Virus record (IMG/VR): IMGVR_UViG_3300045988_098233
Span: 6,748 to 70,747 of that record
Strand: one strand, 5' to 3'
Origin: a virus
DNA: 64,000 nucleotides
Below, piece after piece: positions 19,301 to 28,498 of the stretch (the stretch's first letter is position 1; the number at the start of each line of letters is the position of its first letter). The notes below the pieces were generated by a model. That model had not been told where the DNA came from. It worked only from the letters and a program-made list of their open reading frames with translations, and searched no databases. Both the position numbers and the translations under genes were made by a program.

Positions 19301-21160
19301 TCAAAACCTCCGGCCTCCCCGCCGCGCCGTCACCAGCCGTCCGCTGCCTCCGGTGCTGATAGGCGGTGCCACTTTGTTTTCCTTGAACCGATCCAGCGCC
19401 GATGCCCAATCGCTCTTGTTTCTGCCGTGGATCTCCGTCAGCAGCTCATCCCGCTCGATCAGCTGGGCCAGCCGCAGGGCGTATTTCGTGGCAGACCAGC
19501 TATCGCGCTGAATGGCCTTGGAAATGCGCTTCTCGCTCATCCCCGCCCCGCTGGGCACCAGCTTCAGGTTCTGTATCTGGCCGGACAGCTCCCGGCACTT
19601 CTGGTAGGGCTGTGCAAACTGATAATCCCTGTCATCGTCCCGGATGCGGTGCAGCCGCTTGTATGCCTCCACGCCCTCGTTGGCGTTCAGCGTCAGCAGT
19701 TCAACGTTGTGGTGCTCAAACTCCGTCTGCGCGTATTTCAGCATTTCAAAGTCCGGGTCCGTCACGCCGGTGCCGCCTGCCTTGATGGGGTAGATCACCG
19801 GAATCGCTCCCGGCAGCTCCGCCGCCGCATAGGCCGCGTGGTTCTTTACGCACAGAGGCGGAAGGCCGTCCCCCAAGTCGGTCATCAAATCTTCCAGCAC
19901 CCCGCGCCCGTACTGCCAGGAGTCAATGGCGATGTAGGTCTGGCTGCCGTCATAACAGAACCGGTTCCAAATGGCCTTCAGCCGCCGCGCCTGGGCCTTG
20001 CTCTGGTCCGGCGGGGGCCAGTCGTCAATGTAAACCAGCTGCTTCAAAAAGCGGTCCCGTTTCAGGTATTCCCGCTGGCGGGTCAGCTTTATCACCACGC
20101 AGGCGCATTTGGCGTTCTTTGCCGAATCCTCGTAGGAAACGTCATAGCCCACAATGTAAATAACTTCCTCCGGGTCCAGCTTGGGGTGCGGATCCTTGCA
20201 GCAGTGCTCCGTCTCCATCACCAGCACCCGCTGGGAATCCGTCAGCACCTCGTCGGAAAGCACGGGGAACTCGTCCGCGCCGGTGTACCGGCTCTCCATC
20301 TCCCGCATCCACCGTTCAATGGTCAGTTTCTCTTTCAGCTTTTGTGCCCAAGAATAGGGACGCATCTGCTGTAAAATCACGCATTGCCACGGAATATCCA
20401 CCGCAAAAGATTTTTCGCCACGCCACATGGCTTTCAATACGGAGCACCGAACCTGAAAGGCGTGGTTCTGCTTGCGCCCCGCGCTGGTAATGGAATGGCT
20501 TTTGTATGCCACAAAGTTGGGGTCCGGTTCTCCGTTTACGTTGTGCCGCAGACGAACCGCCGGAAGTACAACGGTGGTGTATTCGTCAAAGTCGAAGGGT
20601 GGGTTTTCCTCTTGGGCGAACTCCTCCGCCGTAGCTGCGTGAATGTTATCGCCACGCTTGGCCCCAATGTAAAAGGCGCTTCCGCCGTCCGTCTCGATCT
20701 TGAAATCGTCCTTGCTCTCCGCGCTGACCCGCCAGTGCTTGGCGAGGGCCGCATAGTCATGTTCCAAGGCGCGGAAGGTTTTCCCGCCGATACCCGCCAG
20801 CTGTTTTAGTGCCGGTCCCACATACAACACCTGTGTTCCCGGCCACACAACGCCATTTACCATCTCCGTCAGCAGCTTTGTGTAGGTTTTTGTCATGCCG
20901 CGGGTGCCGGTGATCGCAACTTCCTGATTGCGGGCGTAGGCCCGCATCATCATGCGCTGAAGCAGTTCTAATGTCTTAAAATCGCTGTCATCACTGCGGA
21001 GAATGTCCGCCAGAATGTCGGGGTGCTAATACCAACGGCCTGTCCAGATCAGGAACGCATACCACGCATCCTCATAGTCTGCGTAATTTCTGGTTTCCGT
21101 CTCTTTCTTCTGTACCCAGCCAGAAGTCGCAGACCAAACCTTTCCAGATCGTCTTGCCAT
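19301..21160 (-). CDS. terL: terminase large subunit, reading frame interrupted by one in-frame TAG (21028-21026)
   Basis: The 550-aa ORF has a Walker-A-like AITGTRGMTKT only ~14 aa from its first Met. The same frame continues upstream through one TAG to ATG 21160, which carries a GGAGGTGA RBS. No RBS precedes ATG 20953. Confidence 0.8.
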
Positions 21161-21188
21161 TGGTATCAACTCACCTCCCTTGTCCCGG

Positions 21189-22151
21189 TTATTTTTCCTT
21201 TACCGGCGGCATTTTCACAATGCCAAGTTCTTTGTACGACTCTTTTTCCTGTTCGTCAGGTTCCTCCGCAAACTCGCCCAAATCATCCCGCAGGCGCATA
21301 TCCGGCGGAAGCGTCGGCAATTCCGAAAGGCCGTCATTGACCCGCGTTGTGTTGGCCATGTACAAAAGAATCTGTTCGGCGGCATCCTTTGTGTAAGAAT
21401 ACTTGGGCCGCCGGTGAAACAGAATCTCAAACATTTCATCCGGGGAACACTGCTTTCCGTTTTTCAAAAGCCCCGCCTTTTCCAGACGGTCCACAATGCC
21501 GTCGATCCTCAAGTCATCAATCGGCTTGGCATCCCGTTTCCGCAGCCCCTCGCTGGACAGGTTGTCCTGAACCATCTTGTTCAGCTTGGCCGCCTTGTCA
21601 TATTGGCCGATGGCCCGCATCTTATCCCGGTCCAGCGTCATCTTCGCGCAGTCCCGCAGAATGAACTCCTGCTTCACGCTTACGCCGCCCGCCGCCATCA
21701 GGTCGCTGGACAGTGCCTCATAAATGCGGTCCAGCTCGTCATAGTCCTCAGAGGTGTAGGGGTTCTTTGCGGAGTTCTCACCCCAGTTCTTCCGCTGCTG
21801 TGCCGTCCCCACCTTCCGGTTCCGGGCGGACTTCTCATTGCCCACCGCCTTGGTAAACTCCCCGGCGGTCAGGCCCTCGCCAAAAATCTTGGTGATGTCC
21901 GTCAGCCCGTCCAGAAAGCCAAGGGGTTCTCCCCGCCGCGTGTCCAGCTTTTTCAGCCGCAGGTTGTCCAGATAGGCGATCCACTTCTCGCCTACGTCCG
22001 GCTCCTTTGGCACCGCCAGCATATCGAAGGGCCGGTCAAATTCAATGCAGCAGTAAAAAAGGGCAAGGCTGTCGCTTGTGGCACGGGCAATGGCATCATA
22101 ACGTTCCTGCTGTGCAGTCAGTTCCGCTGTATCCATCGGTTCCAGTTCCAT
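21189..22151 (-). CDS. putative terminase small subunit
   Basis: Start trimmed to MELEPMD (GGAAGGAGG RBS). Assigned by position immediately upstream of terL only. Confidence 0.4.
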   Translation of the reverse strand: MELEPMDTAELTAQQERYDAIARATSDSLALFYCCIEFDRPFDMLAVPKEPDVGEKWIAYLDNLRLKKLDTRRGEPLGFLDGLTDITKIFGEGLTAGEFTKAVGNEKSARNRKVGTAQQRKNWGENSAKNPYTSEDYDELDRIYEALSSDLMAAGGVSVKQEFILRDCAKMTLDRDKMRAIGQYDKAAKLNKMVQDNLSSEGLRKRDAKPIDDLRIDGIVDRLEKAGLLKNGKQCSPDEMFEILFHRRPKYSYTKDAAEQILLYMANTTRVNDGLSELPTLPPDMRLRDDLGEFAEEPDEQEKESYKELGIVKMPPVKEK

Positions 22152-22179
22152 TCGCGGCCTCCTTCCCTTGACACTCCCC

Positions 22180-23540
22180 ACAGCTAAAGCCGGGGCGATT
22201 CTCGGTTCACCGACTACCGCCTCCCGTTTCTGGGGGGGCTTACGCAGTCTCCTCGAGCGTATAGGTTCGGGCGTGTCCCGCCCTACCTTGTGTAGTGGCT
22301 ACGCCAACAGGCGCAAGCCCTCATTCAAAATGTTCTTTGCGGCGTTCACGTCCCTATCATGGACAGCACCGCACTTGGGGCAAGTCCATTCCCGGACGGA
22401 CAGGTCTTTTGTTCCGGGCCACTGTGCGCCGCAAGCGGAGCAAAGCTGACTGGACGGAAAGAAACGATCGACCGTGACCACCTGTTTTCCGTACAACGCC
22501 GCCTTGTACTCCAACTGCCGCCGGAACTCGCTCCAACTTGCATCAGAGATTGCCTTTGCCAGTTTGTGGTTCTTGACCATGTTCTTGGGAACTAAGTCCT
22601 CAATCGCAATCAAGTCATAAGTTCGCACAAGGATGGTGGACAGTTTATGGAGCATATCCTGCCGCTGATTGGCAACGTGTTCGTGGAGCCGTGCTACTTG
22701 TATCCTCGCCTTTTCCCGGCGGTTACTGCCCTTTGATTTTCGGGACAACTGCCGCTGGAGTTTGGCAAGTTTCTTCTGGCTCCGGGTCAGGTATTTATGG
22801 TTCGGATACTCTACGCCATCGGAGGTGATAGCAAATGCTTTCAGGCCCATGTCGATACCGGCCACCGCGCCGGTAGTGGGTAGCAGATTCATCTCCACAT
22901 CGGCGCAGCATAAAGAAACAAAGTATTTCCCACTGGAAGTGCGGGACACGGTAGCAGTCAAGATACGACCCTCCACCTTCTTGGAGATACGGCATTTTAC
23001 CCGCCCCAACTTGGGGAGTCGGACAGCCTTCTCCAAGACCTTTATGTTGGCATTAACACATCTGCTTGTATAGCTTTGTTTATAGCTTTTCTTACTCTTG
23101 AAACGCGGATAGCCAAACCGGTTGTCTCCCTCTTTGATGCTACGGAAGAAGTTCTGGAAGGCTTTATCTAAATTCTGCACCGCAGATTGCAGGGCGGTGG
23201 AATCCACCTCTTTCAGCCATAGCAGAGTTTTTTTCAGCATTGGAAGGTCGTTTCTCTGCTGGTAGCGAGAAGGTGAGTGCCCTGTATCCTTGTATTGGCT
23301 CTGCCACTGGTCGAGAAAGTAGTTATACACAAACCGACAGCAGCCGAAGGTTTTATTTATTTGACTCTTTTGCTGTGCGTTCGGATAAATGCGAAATTTA
23401 TAACTGTATCCATCCACCGTCCTCTCCCCCCTTCTGTGAGCGAGATACTATAAAGATGGTTAGTTTATTTGCTTGTGTATGCGTCTTATAGTCCCGTAGC
23501 AAAAGAACGTGTGTACGACGCTTTCCTAAAAAAAACAGAG
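22180..23540 (-). mobile_element. IS200/IS605-family element carrying only tnpB (IS1341-like); ends approximate
   Basis: tnpB plus a structured 3' flank (22182-22298, omega/reRNA position). Visibly lower GC than the flanks. Inserted between the early and late operons. Confidence 0.6.
22299..23417 (-). CDS. tnpB: TnpB RNA-guided nuclease (IS605 OrfB family)
   Basis: 372 aa. RuvC contexts GIDMG, AIEDL and [10 protein letters not shown]. Zinc finger CSACG...CPKCG. No tnpA nearby. Confidence 0.9.
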   Translation of the reverse strand: MDGYSYKFRIYPNAQQKSQINKTFGCCRFVYNYFLDQWQSQYKDTGHSPSRYQQRNDLPMLKKTLLWLKEVDSTALQSAVQNLDKAFQNFFRSIKEGDNRFGYPRFKSKKSYKQSYTSRCVNANIKVLEKAVRLPKLGRVKCRISKKVEGRILTATVSRTSSGKYFVSLCCADVEMNLLPTTGAVAGIDMGLKAFAITSDGVEYPNHKYLTRSQKKLAKLQRQLSRKSKGSNRREKARIQVARLHEHVANQRQDMLHKLSTILVRTYDLIAIEDLVPKNMVKNHKLAKAISDASWSEFRRQLEYKAALYGKQVVTVDRFFPSSQLCSACGAQWPGTKDLSVREWTCPKCGAVHDRDVNAAKNILNEGLRLLA

Positions 23541-23571
23541 AGTGAAAAGACTTTATTGCTTCTCACTCTCT
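23528..23571 (-). terminator. intrinsic terminator of the early operon
   Basis: 13-bp hairpin AGAGAGUGAGAAG...CUUUUCACUCUCU followed by U8 on the minus strand. Confidence 0.6.
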
Positions 23572-23628
23572 ATTATTTCACAAGGTTTTCCCGATTTGGT
23601 AAACTTTAGTAGCCACTTGAAAATTTTT

Positions 23629-23937
23629 TTATTCAGGCTCCAAGCCAAGGATGTAATCCACACTCACGCCGTAAAAATCTGCCAGCGTGATTAGGGCCGT
23701 GGCCTTCGGTTCCTTCATGCCGCTTTCGTAAAAGCCTACCATGCCGTGGCTCATACCGCAGTATTCCGATACCCGGCGGCTGCTCATGCCTCTGGCCCGC
23801 CGCAATTCCCGCAGCCGTACCGCGTAGACCGGCAGTTCCTTGCCCTGCTTGCGGTCCTCAGTCCTCTCCATCGTTGCCTGAAGCAGCCGGTTGGTCTCGT
23901 TCTCCCACCGTTGCAAGTACCCAGATTGTTTAGCCAT
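23629..23937 (-). CDS. XRE-family HTH protein
   Basis: 102 aa. C-terminal HTH_3 pattern LRELRRARGMSSRRVSEYCGMSHGMVGFYESGMKEPKATALITLADFYGVSVDYILG. Confidence 0.7.
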   Translation of the reverse strand: MAKQSGYLQRWENETNRLLQATMERTEDRKQGKELPVYAVRLRELRRARGMSSRRVSEYCGMSHGMVGFYESGMKEPKATALITLADFYGVSVDYILGLEPE

Positions 23938-23938
23938 C

Positions 23939-24082
23939 TTACTTCCCCCTTAGCAAGTACAGTTTCAGCCACAGGGGGATGTCGGCGGTCAGAATGCTTT
24001 TGAAATAAAACACGATAAACGCAATGCCAGCGGCTATAACCATCGTCCAAAAGGCTATAATCAGCCAGTCTTTCCGTTTCAT
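23939..24082 (-). CDS. small membrane protein
   Basis: My translation is MKRKDWLIIAFWTMVIAAGIAFIVFYF... (47 aa). Stop overlaps the next start (TAAGATG). Confidence 0.4.
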   Translation of the reverse strand: MKRKDWLIIAFWTMVIAAGIAFIVFYFKSILTADIPLWLKLYLLRGK

Positions 24083-24118
24083 TCAGTACCTCCGTCCTTT
24101 CTTTTGCCGTAGATGTAC

Positions 24119-24340
24119 TTATCCATGCTGCTTCGTCTCCTCCTGAGTCTGGTTGAGCAGCATGATTTCTTCCAAGGACAATTCGTTGCGAGCAACTGCC
24201 AGCACCTGCCTGTCCGTCAGGCCGTACTTGTCTCTAAGTGGCGCCAAAATCGCACACATATTCTTCTTGGTGAAGGGGACCTGCCCAGACGTGAGCTTGC
24301 TGTAAGCTTTCTGAATTTCAACGGCTACTTCTAACTGCAT
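24119..24340 (-). CDS. hypothetical protein
   Basis: 73-aa ORF. Confidence 0.45.
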   Translation of the reverse strand: MQLEVAVEIQKAYSKLTSGQVPFTKKNMCAILAPLRDKYGLTDRQVLAVARNELSLEEIMLLNQTQEETKQHG

Positions 24341-24414
24341 AGTTTAATATCTCCTTTCAGTCGATGAGTTGATGCTGCAGCCCACGCAGCGCACTTTCGC
24401 AGGAAGCCGGGCGC

Positions 24415-24693
24415 TCAACGTTCAGTGTTGTCGCCTCCGTCCATCTTGGCCCCGCAATGGCAATACGGCTGTCGTCTACTCTCTACTCTACCGCAACGTG
24501 AGCATCGGTAGTATCGTTCCGGCATGATGTGGTCACCGTCCAAGAATGATATCCACCGCCCATGCACCACCGGCACGGCATCAACTGTCGGCATATTGTC
24601 AATGTCGCATTTTTCCACATAGTCATCATTTGTTTCCCCGTAATCATTGGGGTATGATTTCCACCGGATTTTGTCTGCATCAATCAGCCTCAT
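24415..24693 (-). CDS. hypothetical protein with C-terminal zinc ribbon
   Basis: Start trimmed to MRLIDADK (GGAGGTG RBS). CSRCG...CHCG. Confidence 0.5.
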   Translation of the reverse strand: MRLIDADKIRWKSYPNDYGETNDDYVEKCDIDNMPTVDAVPVVHGRWISFLDGDHIMPERYYRCSRCGRVESRRQPYCHCGAKMDGGDNTER

Positions 24694-24910
24694 GGTCAGC
24701 ACCTCCAAATTCCTCCTCGTACTGTTCCGGCGTGATAAGATCAATATCCTTTGCGGAATAGCCCAAGGTGTCGAGGCACAGCAGCTTCGCCAGTTTGTCT
24801 TTGTCAAGGGCCGCCGCAGCGTCCTCATAGGATACGCCAGGTTTTGCCTCAAAGCTGATTTGAGCGCCAAACGCCCCAGCCACGCTAAAGCAGATTTTGT
24901 ATTCAGCCAT
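24680..24910 (-). CDS. hypothetical protein
   Basis: Start trimmed to MAEYKICF (AAAGGAGG RBS). Confidence 0.45.
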   Translation of the reverse strand: MAEYKICFSVAGAFGAQISFEAKPGVSYEDAAAALDKDKLAKLLCLDTLGYSAKDIDLITPEQYEEEFGGADHEAD

Positions 24911-25145
24911 GGTCATTTCCTCCTTTATTCCCATGCGCGCACTCATCAATCAACTCGTTCAGCCGTTTAAGCCCTTCTATGGTAATTAGGCCCTGTGCGT
25001 ACAGGTCATCCTGCAAGCGCTTAAAGGCGTCTGCCGTGTCTTTGGCGCATGGAAAGCCTTCAGCAAAGTGTTCCTTTGCGAAAACGTCCGCTTCCGGCAT
25101 GGGAGCCACACATAAACGGCTGGTGTTGTTAATGTATTTGCCCAT
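24903..25145 (-). CDS. hypothetical protein
   Basis: Start trimmed to MGKYINN (AGGAGG RBS). Confidence 0.45.
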   Translation of the reverse strand: MGKYINNTSRLCVAPMPEADVFAKEHFAEGFPCAKDTADAFKRLQDDLYAQGLITIEGLKRLNELIDECAHGNKGGNDHG

Positions 25146-25320
25146 TGTCAGTCCTCCTGTTCCATTCCTTAGCAGCATCTTCTTTCGTGTGACCTCGCCT
25201 TGCAACGGCCCCACAACTCTGACACTGCGCGAAATACCGATAGTACAAATACTCGTTATCATCCGCAAGTATCTCTACGCCCTTATATCCGCAGAACGGG
25301 CACGGCTTTAATTCAGTCAT
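25129..25320 (-). CDS. Lar-family restriction-alleviation-like protein
   Basis: 63 aa. MTELKPCPFCG...CQSCGA...AAKEWNRR pattern. Confidence 0.6.
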   Translation of the reverse strand: MTELKPCPFCGYKGVEILADDNEYLYYRYFAQCQSCGAVARRGHTKEDAAKEWNRRTDNGQIH

Positions 25321-25771
25321 CCTTCATCGCCTCCACTGTCCTTTCAAATCTGATCTTCATTTGTGCGGGGCACAGATCAACCTCCGGCCTGCGCTTTCCT
25401 GTCCACCGTAGCCCGCCAGCTTGCCCCACGCACTTCCACCCGGCAGCCCGCAGGCTGGCCCCGTTTTCCGTGTCCAGAATATAAGTCACAAGCCGTTTAT
25501 AGCCCATAGCCCGTGCCGCCCTCCACGCCGCCGCATACAGCATAGAGCAGGCGTTGCGAGTTCCGTCTGTGCAAAGCCGGTTGACCTCCAACGTCCAACC
25601 ATCGTCCAGATGACGGGCCACCGGGCGCCCCACAATGGCAACCCCTACGATTTTCTCGCCATCGGACAGCCCAATGGAAAACTTATGCCCCACCACAGGC
25701 CCGTGGTGCCGGTGGTACTGCTCAACGTAGGCATTGGCTTCTCGCAGTGTCATGGGGCAGATTTCAAGCAT
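25313..25771 (-). CDS. GNAT-fold protein of a phage-associated family
   Basis: Start trimmed to MLEICPM (GGAGGAGG RBS). ANAYVEQYHRHH...GVAIVGRPVARHLDDGWTLEVNRLC...SMLYAAAWRAARAMGYKRLVTY...GASLRAAGW. Confidence 0.5.
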   Translation of the reverse strand: MLEICPMTLREANAYVEQYHRHHGPVVGHKFSIGLSDGEKIVGVAIVGRPVARHLDDGWTLEVNRLCTDGTRNACSMLYAAAWRAARAMGYKRLVTYILDTENGASLRAAGWKCVGQAGGLRWTGKRRPEVDLCPAQMKIRFERTVEAMKDD

Positions 25772-26003
25772 TTTCTTGCCTCCTCCACCGGCATCCGTTA
25801 CAGGCCCCCTCATGGGCCAGCGTGTAGTTTCCGCATTTCAGGCACAGTTCGTTCCGCAGTGCGTCAATTTCTTTCGCCCGCGCTTCGATCAAGTCAGCGG
25901 CTCCCGCCAGATCATCGCACAGGGTAATGAGCGTTTCCCACTCATTTGCCCGCGCCCATTCCGCGTGCTCACGCAGCGAATTTACGAGGTTTGTATCTCT
26001 CAT
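25764..26003 (-). CDS. hypothetical protein
   Basis: 79-aa ORF with GGGAGG RBS. Confidence 0.45.
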   Translation of the reverse strand: MRDTNLVNSLREHAEWARANEWETLITLCDDLAGAADLIEARAKEIDALRNELCLKCGNYTLAHEGACNGCRWRRQENA

Positions 26004-26012
26004 AGTTCCTCC

Positions 26013-26195
26013 CTACATTTCTTCATTCAGCCAGCTTGCCCACGTCACCATGCGGGTATCATCGGCATTGGATAGCTTCTCTGGGTATTTCAGATCAAGT
26101 GAGCAGCCCTTTGCTTCCAGCGCGTCATCCACGGCTTTTTCGATCAGCTCACCCAATCTGGCTGCGTTTTTCGTGTAAAACTCAAAGTTTGTCAT
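26013..26195 (-). CDS. hypothetical protein
   Basis: Start trimmed to MTNFEFY. ATGA overlap with the upstream gene. Confidence 0.45.
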   Translation of the reverse strand: MTNFEFYTKNAARLGELIEKAVDDALEAKGCSLDLKYPEKLSNADDTRMVTWASWLNEEM

Positions 26196-27082
26196 TCTTC
26201 GAACCCTCCAAGAACTTCTTGCCCCGGCAGAACGCCGTCCTCCATCCACCAGTGAAATACATCCACGCCGGAGCGCCAAGAGTATGCCTCCATGCCTCGT
26301 TCGATCCGTATTATCAACATTTTGTCAAACGAACGTATCCACGCTGCCTTGATCTCTGGATAGCGGGCAAATTCCATGATTCTGGTTTTGGATGCCATGG
26401 GACAGCCAATGCAGCCCACCCGGCAGAATCCCTCGCAGTACAGCGGATTCATGGATATTTTTTCTACGCCGACGTAATCCCAAATATCTGCCGCTTGCCA
26501 GTCCACAATGGGGTTCACCACCCGCTTCCCCTTGAGCTGGCACGTTTCAAATAATCGGCGATCCTCGTCGTTATCGTTTAATAGGATCAGTTTGTTTTGT
26601 GGCTTAGACGTTAATACCTCTAAGCCGCCACGGCGTTTCCTGGCCGTGGATTCAGCCCAGCGAACACCCGTAGCGATAAACCGATCCTTGCCTCCCCCCT
26701 CTTTAAGGACGGCGCAACAGTACCGCATCAGGCGTGTGGGCGGCATGAGCTTCTTTTGAATCAGTTTCCACATGGTCATACGGGAGCCGTCCGGCTGGAC
26801 GTGCTTGTCCACGTCGCACTTGATGCCCTTGCATTCCAGCTGATAAAACGTATCGTACACATGGCGCACCGTCTCTGGAGCGTCCGCCGTGGTCAGGCTG
26901 TGCAATACCTCAAATGGGATGCCGCTGGCCCTTGCCAGATGCAACAGCACATCGCTGTCCTTCCCGCCGGAGTAGGTGATCACTAACGGTTTTTCAAAAA
27001 GCCGCAGGCTCATATCCGATGCCGCTTTCAGCCGCTCGATGGCGGTCTGCTCCAAGTCGCTCATAAACTCTCCAATCTCCAA
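26192..27082 (-). CDS. PAPS-reductase-family (PP-loop ATP pyrophosphatase) protein
   Basis: 296 aa. PP-loop VITYSGGKDSDV, RYCCAVLKE, C-terminal Cys cluster CEGFCRVGCIGCP. Confidence 0.8.
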   Translation of the reverse strand: MEIGEFMSDLEQTAIERLKAASDMSLRLFEKPLVITYSGGKDSDVLLHLARASGIPFEVLHSLTTADAPETVRHVYDTFYQLECKGIKCDVDKHVQPDGSRMTMWKLIQKKLMPPTRLMRYCCAVLKEGGGKDRFIATGVRWAESTARKRRGGLEVLTSKPQNKLILLNDNDEDRRLFETCQLKGKRVVNPIVDWQAADIWDYVGVEKISMNPLYCEGFCRVGCIGCPMASKTRIMEFARYPEIKAAWIRSFDKMLIIRIERGMEAYSWRSGVDVFHWWMEDGVLPGQEVLGGFEE

Positions 27083-27999
27083 TCATCGTCCCGCACCTGA
27101 AACGCGTCGCCCAGTTGTACGGTGTCCGGGTAATTGTGCTGTGTGGTTTGGATGGCGTACTTGTCGATCTCGGTCGCATAGTAGGCAGTAACATTCACGC
27201 CCAGCTTGTCCAGCGCGATATGGCCGCAGCTCATACCGTCGTACATAGAAAGCACTTCCACCGACTCCTCCGTCAGTCCGGTAAAATGGCTCATAATGTG
27301 GGCGATCACATCCACTGTCCAGCCGTTGCCCAGCAGTGTAACTCCGATGTTCGATGGAACGCACGATGTATACCCCGCCGGTACTGTCTGTAGTTTTTCG
27401 CACCCTTTTGCATTGAGGGAAAAGATGGTTTCTCCAATCTTGTAAAGTCCCGTCCTTGCACCTCCCACTCCGGCAAGACCTTTAAGCGTGACAGACTTGC
27501 CGAGGATGTCATAAACCCTGACGGCCTGCCCGCCGCTGTCCCCTGTTTTTCCGATCTGCCACGTTGACGCGAATTTTGCGTGCAGGCCGGTTTTTAGCTT
27601 CTTAAACTCGCCTCCGTTATATGGCGCGAGATCATCAGCCGTCAGCACATCTAATAGGCACACGCCTCTGTCCTCCGGCTGCTCCACCGGCACTTGGCTG
27701 TATGTGCCGTCCGGGTTACGCTTTCCCACCCAGTAGAGCCGCTGGCGGTTTTGTGCGCTCACCAGGGCGCTGTTAATCAGGACAGGTTCCACGCCTAACT
27801 CCGCCGTGATCTGCGCCCGGATAGCGGGCGACATGGACTTGTTGTTTTCGTAGAGAAAAAAATCCGGCTTGTACTTGTCGCGGGCGATACGGTAGTTTAG
27901 AAATAGCTCCCAGCCGATGCCGCTGGCCTCTGTCTCGCGGTTCTTCGTCTGTGCGATGCTCCAATGTGTGCAGGGACTTCCGCCGATCAATAGTTTCAT
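27061..27999 (-). CDS. DNA (cytosine-5) methyltransferase with circularly permuted motif order
   Basis: Motifs in order: IV GGSPCTHWS, VI FLYENN, VIII SAQNRQRLYW, IX CEKLQTVPAGY, X LGNGWTV. Motifs I LSMYDGMSCG, II ATEIDKYA and III QLGDAF follow at the C-terminus. Confidence 0.85.
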   Translation of the reverse strand: MKLLIGGSPCTHWSIAQTKNRETEASGIGWELFLNYRIARDKYKPDFFLYENNKSMSPAIRAQITAELGVEPVLINSALVSAQNRQRLYWVGKRNPDGTYSQVPVEQPEDRGVCLLDVLTADDLAPYNGGEFKKLKTGLHAKFASTWQIGKTGDSGGQAVRVYDILGKSVTLKGLAGVGGARTGLYKIGETIFSLNAKGCEKLQTVPAGYTSCVPSNIGVTLLGNGWTVDVIAHIMSHFTGLTEESVEVLSMYDGMSCGHIALDKLGVNVTAYYATEIDKYAIQTTQHNYPDTVQLGDAFQVRDDDWRLESL

Positions 28000-28337
28000 A
28001 CGTCCTCCACCTCCGCAAGCCAGAACTCGCGGCGGCAGCCAGAGCAGTTGCCACCACTATATGTACATCCTCCATGTGCGTTCCTATGCGATGTAGAAAT
28101 TGGAGAGGGGCACACTTTTAGCACACCAAGATCATCAATACTCGCATCCGGCCACTGCTTCAAGAACTCGCTCTGTCTGGTTTTGATGGGGTGCGCGACG
28201 GCCCACCGCTCGACAAACTTCACCGCCCCTACGTTATCTCCTGCTGCCCTATAATCGGTGTAGCGCATTTTTTCTTCGGTAGATCCCCTTTTGCTGAGAC
28301 GGTCAACCTTGTCCAAAAACTCCACAGCATCCATCAT
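27996..28337 (-). CDS. hypothetical protein
   Basis: Start trimmed to MMDAVEF. ATGA overlaps at both ends. Confidence 0.45.
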   Translation of the reverse strand: MMDAVEFLDKVDRLSKRGSTEEKMRYTDYRAAGDNVGAVKFVERWAVAHPIKTRQSEFLKQWPDASIDDLGVLKVCPSPISTSHRNAHGGCTYSGGNCSGCRREFWLAEVEDV

Positions 28338-28498
28338 TCTGCCTCCCCTTCCTCGTCCAATTCGTTGAAATACTGGCTCCCGCAATAGGGACAGCCCACC
28401 TTCCGAAACCGCTCAAAAAAGCAGTCCGGTCTCGGCTCCGACCGGTCTAAGATCATCGGCGCTTCAAACTCCGCACCGCAGGTTTCACAGTGATACAT
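28334..28498 (-). CDS. small zinc-ribbon protein
   Basis: Start trimmed to MYHCETCG...CPYCG. Confidence 0.45.
   Translation of the reverse strand: MYHCETCGAEFEAPMILDRSEPRPDCFFERFRKVGCPYCGSQYFNELDEEGEAE

Noticed and set aside
19301-21160. Genome-wide TAG reassignment (genetic code 15) as the explanation for the terL TAG
   Set aside because: Only one in-frame TAG junction was found. All other late genes (portal, capsid, tape measure, endolysin) read through intact in the standard code, several genes terminate in TAG (e.g. portal), and no CUA-anticodon tRNA was seen. Local readthrough, a mutation or a sequencing error remains possible.
2385-22187. Other long plus-strand ORFs in the late region (2385-3545, 9105-10115, 14480-15910, 19298-20374, 21180-22187)
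   Set aside because: Each is antisense to a minus-strand gene with recognisable motifs or proper operon packing and RBS. All have Arg/Gly/His/Pro-rich low-complexity translations.
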